DNA of 64,000 nucleotides from a virus. Positions within the stretch are counted from its first letter, which is position 1, and each line of letters starts with the position of its first letter. The stretch is taken from positions 76,595-140,594 of IMG/VR virus record IMGVR_UViG_3300017917_002795. One strand, written 5' to 3'. A program made the translations under genes and the position numbers. Shown in pieces: positions 19,019 through 27,293 of the stretch. The notes beneath the pieces are model-generated. The model was not told the DNA's origin. It made no database searches and saw nothing but the letters and a program-made list of their open reading frames with translations.

Positions 19019-20818
19019 ATGCCATATATTAGATACGCAGTTCAAAACGGAGCATGGAGTAGTGGATCTACTTGGGATAATGGTGCAGTACCATTAAATG
19101 GAGATGATGTATATGCTGATGGGAGAACCATAACAATAAATCAAAACATCGACGTATTTAGAATTACTAATACACCTAGCCCATCTCGTTTACCAGGAAA
19201 TGCAATACCCATAATGACTTCAAACACAACACCAGAAGGTGCTGTATCTGCAAGTAGTTTTAGTGGTACATTATTTCCGTGGCGTGCATTTGATAATAGT
19301 TATTCAACATGGTGGCAGTCTGTAACAGCAAATTCAGCTTCAATTGCATATCAATTTTCTTCTGGAAAAGTAATTAAACAATATGCATTTTATTCACATG
19401 CTACAAATGCCCAAAACATTAGAAATTGGTTTTTTGAAGGAAGTAATGATAATATAACATATACTATTATTGAAACAGTTACAGGATTTACAACTGCTAT
19501 CAATACATGGTATGTGAGGAACGTATCTGCAAATACAACATCATATACTTGGTATAGAATAAGAATAGAAGCAGTACAAACCCTAGGAAACTTACCTACA
19601 ATACCGCAAATTAACATGACTGAACTTACTAGCTCAGCTTATTCAACAGGTAATAGTGGTAGTTTCGTTTCTGGAGGAGACATACAAATTTCCGCATCTG
19701 CACAAGTAGCAGATGGATTTTTTGGTATCCACCCTCAAACAGGAACTAACACAACATCATTTCTTACAATTACAGGTTCACATCGTGTTGGAGTTACTGG
19801 AAGTGTTGCAGCTCCACAAGGGTTAACATTTACAACTTCTAGATATGGAGTAACTATTGCCGAAGGTGGAACTTTAGGAGTTATAGGTGATGTATATGGA
19901 GGATCTGCAGCAGGAGGTAGTTCTAATGTATGGGGAATATTTTGTACATCTGGCAGTGTATTTATAACAGGAAGTTTACGTTTTTTTGCTAACGGCGGAA
20001 ACACTAACGGTTCTCCTTTATATATTGCAAATGGAACTGCTAGTATCTCTGGAAGTTTATTTTCATCATCAGTTACCACTCCTATAACACTTGCCGCTGG
20101 TAGTGCCTTAGTAAACATTGTTTGCACACCTGTTATCACCGGGACTAGCCTTCAGGGAAATATGCAAATAGGAGGAACTAATAGCGGAACTTTAAATTAT
20201 ACCGGTTCAGTCATTGGAAATAATGCTCCGGGTATTCAAATAGCAGGAACAATGACAGTTAATATCTCCGGGAGTATTTCATCAGTTGGTGCTGCATCTG
20301 GATTTTTAGCTCAAGGAACAGGAACAGTTACAGTTAATGGATCTATTATATCAACTAATGCACAACCCGGACTCCAATCAACATCAACTGCTTTAATTCG
20401 AGTAACAGGTCCATTAATATCTCAAAATAATTTTAATGCAGTGTATGCACAACGTATACAATTTATCTCCAGTTCAACCCCATTCTATACTTTACAATCA
20501 GATACATTTAATAAAAATGTTACTTTATATGACCAAAATTACCCTGCAGCATTCCCAGCTGTAACTGATGTTCGAAGTGGAAGTTTATACGGGGTTACAA
20601 GTCAACTTTCTGGATCAATGGTAGTGCCTGCAACAAACGACGTACGTTACGGAGTACCCGTGGGTAACACAACAGGTTCTGCTACATTGACACCTTTAGA
20701 CGTTTTAAATTACGCCGTACAAAATTTAACAGGTTCCAATTCAGTTGGAGCTCGTTTACAAAATATTTCAACAGTACAAACCACAGCAGCAACTATTGCT
20801 GCTTTTAAAGGAAAATAA
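19019..20818 (+). CDS. Adhesin/fibre paralog 3 with an inserted F5/8-type-C (discoidin-like) domain
   Basis: PIMTSNTTPEG..SASS...PWRAFD...W...W.FEGSND...YTWYRI insert between the shared N- and C-terminal motifs. Confidence 0.7.
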   Translation: MPYIRYAVQNGAWSSGSTWDNGAVPLNGDDVYADGRTITINQNIDVFRITNTPSPSRLPGNAIPIMTSNTTPEGAVSASSFSGTLFPWRAFDNSYSTWWQSVTANSASIAYQFSSGKVIKQYAFYSHATNAQNIRNWFFEGSNDNITYTIIETVTGFTTAINTWYVRNVSANTTSYTWYRIRIEAVQTLGNLPTIPQINMTELTSSAYSTGNSGSFVSGGDIQISASAQVADGFFGIHPQTGTNTTSFLTITGSHRVGVTGSVAAPQGLTFTTSRYGVTIAEGGTLGVIGDVYGGSAAGGSSNVWGIFCTSGSVFITGSLRFFANGGNTNGSPLYIANGTASISGSLFSSSVTTPITLAAGSALVNIVCTPVITGTSLQGNMQIGGTNSGTLNYTGSVIGNNAPGIQIAGTMTVNISGSISSVGAASGFLAQGTGTVTVNGSIISTNAQPGLQSTSTALIRVTGPLISQNNFNAVYAQRIQFISSSTPFYTLQSDTFNKNVTLYDQNYPAAFPAVTDVRSGSLYGVTSQLSGSMVVPATNDVRYGVPVGNTTGSATLTPLDVLNYAVQNLTGSNSVGARLQNISTVQTTAATIAAFKGK

Positions 20819-20819
20819 T

Positions 20820-22067
20820 ATGCCAAATAGATGGCCCATAAATTCGGGAAGTTGGAGTGATTCCACAATATGGAATGGTGGTTTAGGAGTACCTACAGCA
20901 TCCGATGATGTGTTCTTAAACAATCAAACAGTAACATTAGACCAGAACGTAACTGTACAAAGTATACGAAGTGCTGCTTCTGCATCTACTATTACTGCAG
21001 GTGGTAGAATTGAAATTTATAGTGATTATAACATTACAGCAACTCCTAATGGATTCCAACCCTATGGTACTGCAGTAACAAATGGGTTTATACAATATTT
21101 TAATAGTGGTTCTATAATGTTAGTAGGAAATATTCCATTAAATAGTAATGCATTAGCTGGGATTCCACAAGGGATAGGAAATATTGGAACGGGAACTATT
21201 AATTTTATCGGGGATGTGTTTGGGTTCAATGGGCAAATTGCCACAGGGTGGGCAATTGGTAATTTATCCTCTGGTACTATCAATATAATTGGAAATGTAA
21301 CAGCAGGATTAAATGCAGGAGCCCATGGTGTTTATAATACATTAAACGGTACTATCAATATAACAGGAAACGTTAATGGAGGAACTACTAGTTTTAATAG
21401 AAATGCAGTATATAATGCAGGTACAGGTATAATTAATGTAACAGGTAATATCATAGCAGGAACCAATTCAGCTAATACAACAGCGGGAATAAATAATATT
21501 TCGATAGGCACCGTGAATGTTACAGGAAATGTTACTGGTTTAGGTTGGGCTGGAATTTCTTCAACCACAGCAGGTATCATAAACGTAATAGGTCAATTAC
21601 AAGCTTCAACCACAGCAAATGCAGTATCATCAACCTCAACCACAGCAACCAACATATTCTCCGGCCCATTCATCAACTCAGGTTCACGCAATGCAATATA
21701 TTGTTACAACGTACAAATGTATAAAAACGCAGTAACATCATATCAAATAGGTGTATCTGGATCAAACAATACAATTACATTACTTAGTGAAAACCAAGCC
21801 ACAGGTATGCCAGCAGCTACAAATGTTCGTAGTGGTATTACGTACGGCCCAACTAACACATTAACAGGCTCAATGGCAGTACCACACCCAAACTCAGTTT
21901 CATATGGTGTACAAGTAGATACTACAACAGGGTCTGCTATAGTAAAACCAGAAGATATTTGGAATATTCCTTTAACTTTATTAACTTCATCAAATAGTAT
22001 TGGACAACGTTTAGCATCTTCTACTACATCAGCTTCAATGGCTGCGATAGTAAATGCATTCGGATAA
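20820..22067 (+). CDS. Beta-helix-like adhesin/fibre, paralog 4
   Basis: Start placed at MPNRW (20820) by homology with paralogs 1 and 2. Confidence 0.65.
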   Translation: MPNRWPINSGSWSDSTIWNGGLGVPTASDDVFLNNQTVTLDQNVTVQSIRSAASASTITAGGRIEIYSDYNITATPNGFQPYGTAVTNGFIQYFNSGSIMLVGNIPLNSNALAGIPQGIGNIGTGTINFIGDVFGFNGQIATGWAIGNLSSGTINIIGNVTAGLNAGAHGVYNTLNGTINITGNVNGGTTSFNRNAVYNAGTGIINVTGNIIAGTNSANTTAGINNISIGTVNVTGNVTGLGWAGISSTTAGIINVIGQLQASTTANAVSSTSTTATNIFSGPFINSGSRNAIYCYNVQMYKNAVTSYQIGVSGSNNTITLLSENQATGMPAATNVRSGITYGPTNTLTGSMAVPHPNSVSYGVQVDTTTGSAIVKPEDIWNIPLTLLTSSNSIGQRLASSTTSASMAAIVNAFG

Positions 22068-22068
22068 T

Positions 22069-22097
22069 TTGGATTTTTCAATTCATTTTCATATAAT
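22069..22097 (+). promoter_or_regulatory. Sigma70-like early promoter
   Basis: TTGGAT-N17-TATAAT. Confidence 0.7.
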
Positions 22098-22117
22098 AAA
22101 CAAAAAGGATAAAAGTT

Positions 22118-22399
22118 ATGACTCGAAAACTGGACGCGAAGCACTTAGAAGCCATTCAAACATTGCGAGAACAGTACAATGAAATCACCATGCTAATTGG
22201 AAATATGAGCATTGAACAGCAATTTCTTCAAGAAAAAATCACGGAACTTGAACAAGAAAAAGCACAACAATTCACAGCATTAAGAAGCATCACTCAACAA
22301 GAAACGGATTTGATTGCAGAAATGCGTGATAGATATGGTGAAGGACAAATCAACATTCAAGATGGAACATTTATTCCTGGCACCGGTTTAGATGCGTAA
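22118..22399 (+). CDS. Small coiled-coil protein
   Basis: Heptad-rich, Q/E-rich; AAGGA RBS. Confidence 0.6.
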   Translation: MTRKLDAKHLEAIQTLREQYNEITMLIGNMSIEQQFLQEKITELEQEKAQQFTALRSITQQETDLIAEMRDRYGEGQINIQDGTFIPGTGLDA

Positions 22400-22440
22400 T
22401 GGCATATTTATATTAAAATCATTTATATAGGAGAATAATA

Positions 22441-24882
22441 ATGGCAGAACAAATTGTATCGCCTGGTGTATATACGAGAGAGATTGATTCCTCGTTTTTA
22501 CCTGGAGCGATTCGTCAAATTGGTGCGGCTGTTGTAGGACCAACTGTAAAAGGACCTGCATATACGCCAACCGAAATCAGAAATATGTCGGAATACCAAG
22601 CAGTATTTGGTGGATTCACTGATGAATCTTATGTTCCGGTGGCAGTTAATGAATATTTAAGAAATGGTAATGTGATTACTGTGACTCGTACTTTGTATGA
22701 AGATGGTTATTCATTGACGGATGGAGCATTGGCGATAGTTGCAACATCTGGATCTACGAAATACATAACTCACGTACTTCATCCAACCGTGCCAGTAGGC
22801 GTAACGTCAAGTTACTTTGCCGATTCAGTGTTAAATACAGACACCAATGGACGCTTTGAATTGAAAATATCCGGTTCATATGCAGCAATTGCAATACCTG
22901 GATTTAGTAATTTTTCATATACGGAAGGTTCATCAATTTCAGCATCAATATCACCAAGTGATTCGAATTACATCACAACTGTGTTAGGTAAATCACCAAA
23001 AGGTCAAAACTATCCAGTATATGTTCAATATGAAAATACCGCAGCAACTTCACCATTTGCATCATTGTCTGCAGTATCAATGTCATTGGAGAAAATTTCA
23101 ACGTATGCATTTGTTCAAGATTATAAAGCTGCATCAACTCCATGGATAACATCTCAAAAAATTGGCTCTAGTGTATCTAACTTGTTTAAGATTCACGCAT
23201 TATCTCACGGATCATCTACAAATTATGAATATAAGATTGGTATCAGTGATATCATCACCTCCGGAGAAGTTTCAGATCCAAATGGATATCCGACATTTAA
23301 TGTTGTAGTACGTAGAGTTGATACTGCAAATATTCCTAATTCAGTATATGGTTCTGTAACAGATTCAGATGCTCAACCAAACATTGTTGCTGTATTTGCA
23401 TGTAACTTGAATCCAGATTCACCATCATACATTGCCAAAGTGATTGGTGATCGTTATCAAACAATTGACAATGATAACAACGTTAACATTTACGGAGATT
23501 ATGTTAATACAAATCCATATATCCGTGTTGAAGTAGATGCTGCAGTTGCAACTAAATCAATTGATAAAACATTGTTCCCATTTGGGTTCCGTGCCGTATA
23601 TTCATCAGTACCATCTGTTAACGGTTCAAACTTAGTAGCAGCTATATTGAAAACAGATCAAAATGCAAATGGTGTTTATAGTCCAACTATATTTCATGGA
23701 TTTGATTTTACTGTGGCATCAAACATTGCATATTTAGCCCCAATACCAACATCAGGTAGCACGACAGCAGCTAACACTGATTTCTACTTAGGTGATGTAT
23801 CGCAAAGCATTAGTGCGGCATATCCAACATCAACCACAGCATATACTGGTTCTTTGCAAGCTGCATTAACAGCAGGAACATTTGCAGCTAATGTTAAATC
23901 ATCTACTAGAAAATTCATTGTGCCATTCCAAGAAGGTTTTGATGGAGCTCGTCCTAATTTACCTAAATTCTCTGGAGCTAACATAACTGCAGCTAATACA
24001 TTTGGATATGATTGTAGTTCGGTAACAGCAACAGGTGCAGTATCATACCGCAAAGCATTCACATTGTTGAGCAATACCGATTATTATGATATGAATGTAT
24101 TATTGACGCCAGGACTTATCGATCGTTTGCACGGAGCAGTTACAGCAGAAGCACGAGAATTATGTCAAATGCGCCAAGACGTATTTTATGTGATGGATTC
24201 AAACCTTAAAGGAGATACCATAACACAAGTAACTAATCAAGTTAGACCAATTGACAACAATTACACAGCAACATATTGGCCGTGGGTTAGTATATCTAAT
24301 CCATCTGGTGCCGGACTTCTTTGGATTCCACCATCAGTAGTTATTGGGGGTGTATTATCAACAAATGACCGAATCCAAGCACCATGGTATGCACCAGCTG
24401 GTTTAAATCGCGGTGGTATTCCTGCAACAGGAACGGCTGTAAATTTAAGTCAAGCACAACGAGATACATTGTATGCAGCACGCGTTAATCCTATTGCATC
24501 CTTCCCTAACAATACCATCGTTGTATGGGGTCAAAAGACCTTGCAAGCTCGTCCAAGTGCATTAGACCGCGTAAATGTGCGTCGTTTGCTTATTGAAGTT
24601 AAGAAGTTTATTGCATCATCAACTCGTTTCTTGGTATTTGATCAAAACACCATAACTACTAGAAATAAATTTTTAAGCATTGTTAATCCGTATTTAGCAG
24701 GTGTACAACAAGCTCAAGGTTTATCAGCATTCCGAGTGATTATGGATGAAACAAACAATACTCCAGATGTAATTGACCGAAACATTTTATATGGTCAATT
24801 GTTTTTACAACCAACGAGAACGGCTGAATTTATTGTGTTAGATTTCAATATTCAACCTACCGGAGCTGAATTTCCCGGATAA
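22441..24882 (+). CDS. Tail sheath protein (gp18-like)
   Basis: SPGVYTREID start; PWYAPAGLNRG; WGQKTLQ..SALDRVNVRRL; QPTRTAEFI. Confidence 0.95.
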   Translation: MAEQIVSPGVYTREIDSSFLPGAIRQIGAAVVGPTVKGPAYTPTEIRNMSEYQAVFGGFTDESYVPVAVNEYLRNGNVITVTRTLYEDGYSLTDGALAIVATSGSTKYITHVLHPTVPVGVTSSYFADSVLNTDTNGRFELKISGSYAAIAIPGFSNFSYTEGSSISASISPSDSNYITTVLGKSPKGQNYPVYVQYENTAATSPFASLSAVSMSLEKISTYAFVQDYKAASTPWITSQKIGSSVSNLFKIHALSHGSSTNYEYKIGISDIITSGEVSDPNGYPTFNVVVRRVDTANIPNSVYGSVTDSDAQPNIVAVFACNLNPDSPSYIAKVIGDRYQTIDNDNNVNIYGDYVNTNPYIRVEVDAAVATKSIDKTLFPFGFRAVYSSVPSVNGSNLVAAILKTDQNANGVYSPTIFHGFDFTVASNIAYLAPIPTSGSTTAANTDFYLGDVSQSISAAYPTSTTAYTGSLQAALTAGTFAANVKSSTRKFIVPFQEGFDGARPNLPKFSGANITAANTFGYDCSSVTATGAVSYRKAFTLLSNTDYYDMNVLLTPGLIDRLHGAVTAEARELCQMRQDVFYVMDSNLKGDTITQVTNQVRPIDNNYTATYWPWVSISNPSGAGLLWIPPSVVIGGVLSTNDRIQAPWYAPAGLNRGGIPATGTAVNLSQAQRDTLYAARVNPIASFPNNTIVVWGQKTLQARPSALDRVNVRRLLIEVKKFIASSTRFLVFDQNTITTRNKFLSIVNPYLAGVQQAQGLSAFRVIMDETNNTPDVIDRNILYGQLFLQPTRTAEFIVLDFNIQPTGAEFPG

Positions 24883-24897
24883 ATAAAAAATATGAAG

Positions 24898-24933
24898 AAA
24901 GGTAGGACTTTGGTTCTACCTTTTTTACTGTTC
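24898..24933 (+). terminator. Intrinsic terminator with ACTGTTC tail
   Basis: AAAGGTAGGAC-tttg-GTTCTACCTTT then TTTACTGTTC. Confidence 0.8.
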
Positions 24934-24964
24934 ATATATTTATATTTAAAAAAAGGACAAAATT

Positions 24965-25579
24965 ATGCCATACGCAGCAACAAAAAATAATTCAGATTTG
25001 TTTGATTATGTAGGTAGAGCTCCAAGTAATGGATTCGGAGCTGGAACACCAAATGGAGAAGGAGATTCTCCAAAAGCAGATCAAATTACAGATTATGGTG
25101 TTAGCGATAATTTTTATGATAAAGCATTTGCATGGGAACCAAAATATCAGCATAAATTTGTAATGAACATTGACGGAATTCCTGCATACTTAGTTAAGAC
25201 ATCAGCTAAACCGAGCATGACAAATGGCGAAGTTGTGCTAGATCATATCAACGTTAAACGTAAACTTAAAGGTAAATCTGCATGGAATAGCATTGCAATC
25301 ACAATTTATGATGCCATTGTTCCATCTGCAGCACAAGCCGTAATGCAATGGGTTCGTTTGCATCATGAATCTGCAACAGGACGTGATGGATATGCATCTA
25401 TCTACAAAAAAGATATCACACTCAACCAACTTTCTCCATTAGGGGAAGTTATCGAAGAATGGCAACTTAAAGGATGTTACCTATCAGAAGTGAATTTTGG
25501 TTCATTGGATTGGTCGGCAGAAGATGTAGTAATGATTGATGCTACATTGAATTATGATTGGGCATTGTTAAGTTATTAA
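24965..25579 (+). CDS. Tail tube protein (gp19-like)
   Basis: EPKYQHKF; RKLKGKSAW..I.IT.YD; GRDGYA..YKKD; EEW.LKG...FGSLDW; follows the sheath gene. Confidence 0.9.
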   Translation: MPYAATKNNSDLFDYVGRAPSNGFGAGTPNGEGDSPKADQITDYGVSDNFYDKAFAWEPKYQHKFVMNIDGIPAYLVKTSAKPSMTNGEVVLDHINVKRKLKGKSAWNSIAITIYDAIVPSAAQAVMQWVRLHHESATGRDGYASIYKKDITLNQLSPLGEVIEEWQLKGCYLSEVNFGSLDWSAEDVVMIDATLNYDWALLSY

Positions 25580-25588
25580 TATGAAATT

Positions 25589-25624
25589 TGGGCAAGCTGA
25601 AAAGTTTGCCCATTTTTACTGTTC
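25589..25624 (+). terminator. Intrinsic terminator with ACTGTTC tail
   Basis: TGGGCAAGCT-gaaa-AGTTTGCCCA-TTTTTACTGTTC. Confidence 0.85.
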
Positions 25625-25648
25625 ACAAAAACATTTCTTCAAAACGAT

Positions 25649-25677
25649 TTGGTACTTTGAAATATTCTTATTATCTT
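25649..25677 (+). promoter_or_regulatory. Sigma70-like early promoter
   Basis: TTGGTA-N17-TATCTT. Confidence 0.6.
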
Positions 25678-25705
25678 TATATTATTAATTTAAAAAATAA
25701 GAGTT

Positions 25706-26212
25706 ATGACAAAAGAACAAAGTTTATTATTAGCAATTAGACATCAAATGTCTGTATTAGGTTATTCTGAATCAGAAATTAATCTGCAAGATGAAGAAAT
25801 TTCAAAGTTTACTTCAAACATTGTTAAAGGCATAGATTTTAGTAGAAAGCCGGAAGTTACTGAGATAACATATCCAGATTCATATAAATATTATATGCAT
25901 ATTAACGATCCAGAATTTAGCACCTGGGGTCACGATGCTCTTATGTGCACATTTGAATCTGATTCAGATTGGGAACACGCCTTAGACAACGAAGATATTG
26001 CAGCATGCCGCGCCATTATTGCCGAAGTTGAAACGTTTTGCCAAACACATCGAGTTCCTAAAGCAGTTGTTAATTTTTATCGAAATATGCCAAAACGCCT
26101 AGTTAATCCGAATTGGTTTAAATTGCGGTGGAACACTGTTAACGGCATAGTAGATGCATATTGTGATGAAGATGCTTCAGAGCATGTAGATGGCATAACC
26201 GGAGAAGAATAA
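25706..26212 (+). CDS. Hypothetical protein, moron-like standalone unit
   Basis: Has its own early promoter and terminator inside the tail operon. Confidence 0.6.
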   Translation: MTKEQSLLLAIRHQMSVLGYSESEINLQDEEISKFTSNIVKGIDFSRKPEVTEITYPDSYKYYMHINDPEFSTWGHDALMCTFESDSDWEHALDNEDIAACRAIIAEVETFCQTHRVPKAVVNFYRNMPKRLVNPNWFKLRWNTVNGIVDAYCDEDASEHVDGITGEE

Positions 26213-26224
26213 ATAACTAATCAT

Positions 26225-26256
26225 AGCCCCTTTAAACGGGGGCTTTTTTACTGTTC
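26225..26256 (+). terminator. Intrinsic terminator with ACTGTTC tail
   Basis: AGCCCCT-ttaaac-GGGGGCT-TTTTTACTGTTC. Confidence 0.85.
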
Positions 26257-26294
26257 GCACATATTTATAATAAAGTTATATAAAAGGAAAGTTT

Positions 26295-27062
26295 ATGCCA
26301 GTAACAGAACGTTTTAACGATAAAAATCTTATCGAATTAGCCAAGCAGCAGTACGAAAACAAGCAACGCAGCACAATACCTGCAAACACAGTTAAATTAC
26401 CAAGTGGTGGACAAGTGTATCCAGAATCAAGTCCTTTACGGAAAGGTACTGTAGAAATGCGATACATGACTGCATATGATGAAGATATCCTAACAAATTC
26501 ATCATACATCAAACAAAATACGGTGCTTGACAAACTATTACAAGCACTTATAATGGATCCAATAGACATCGATGATTTGATTATATCAGACAAAGAATAT
26601 CTTGTTATAGCAGCGCGTATTCACGGATTTGGGGCAGATTATACTGTAGCAGTAACAGATCCTAATACCGGTAAAAGTTCCACGCAAACCTTAGATTTAT
26701 CTAAATTAGAAATGCGGCCCTTCACCATAACATCTAATTCACTAGGAGAATTTCCATACGCAGCAGAAGGCATTGACATTAAATTTCGATTTTTAACTAA
26801 ACGCGAAGTAGATTCAATTTCCGATGAACACACAATATCAGATTTCTTAATACGTAGCATCGCAGAAGTCAATGGATCGAGAACACCACATGACATTGAA
26901 CATTTTGTGCGTTATCAAATGACTCCGCGCGAATCACGTGATTTTCGTCGTTATGTAGCGGAAAATATACCTGGTGTAAATCTAGAATCAACATTTGAAG
27001 GTGAGAACGGGAGCACCTTCACCGCCGGGTTTCCACTTAGATCAGACCTTCTTTGGTTATAA
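26295..27062 (+). CDS. Baseplate hub assembly / tail assembly chaperone (gp26-like)
   Basis: V.LPS.G..Y, MRYMTAYDEDILT and D..YL.I.AR..G.G motifs; lies between tube and tape measure genes. Confidence 0.7.
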   Translation: MPVTERFNDKNLIELAKQQYENKQRSTIPANTVKLPSGGQVYPESSPLRKGTVEMRYMTAYDEDILTNSSYIKQNTVLDKLLQALIMDPIDIDDLIISDKEYLVIAARIHGFGADYTVAVTDPNTGKSSTQTLDLSKLEMRPFTITSNSLGEFPYAAEGIDIKFRFLTKREVDSISDEHTISDFLIRSIAEVNGSRTPHDIEHFVRYQMTPRESRDFRRYVAENIPGVNLESTFEGENGSTFTAGFPLRSDLLWL

Positions 27063-27276
27063 GGCAGAAGATCGCATCACATTGCATGAAAACTTATTCA
27101 ATTTGATTTGGTGGGGTGAGGGTCGATGGGACTGGAATACCATATACAATATGCCAATACCTATACGTAAACTTTGGACTAAGAAAGTCAATGACATCAT
27201 TGCAGCTCGAAATCCAAAAAACACGGCATCTAACACCGCCGGCCCCAAGAAAGCGACACCCAGAAAAACCCAGTAA
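26995..27276 (+). CDS. Short gp51-like ORF or frameshift extension of the tail chaperone; start uncertain
   Basis: W..IYNMPI..RK.W motif; overlaps the upstream gene in the +1 frame; no clear ATG or RBS. Confidence 0.5.
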   Translation: MKVRTGAPSPPGFHLDQTFFGYKAEDRITLHENLFNLIWWGEGRWDWNTIYNMPIPIRKLWTKKVNDIIAARNPKNTASNTAGPKKATPRKTQ

Positions 27277-27293
27277 CAGATATTTATGATTAT

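Noticed and set aside
20745-20819. ORF-track starts at 20745, 15984, 43937, 46002, 3886 and 48881
   Set aside because: Downstream ATGs (20820, 16107, 43958, 46032, 3934, 48908) fit paralog homology, RBS or promoter position better.
10488-22067. Diversity-generating retroelement or invertible shufflon acting on the fibre genes
   Set aside because: No reverse transcriptase or site-specific recombinase in the window; repeat mismatches are not adenine-specific; all paralogs are co-oriented.
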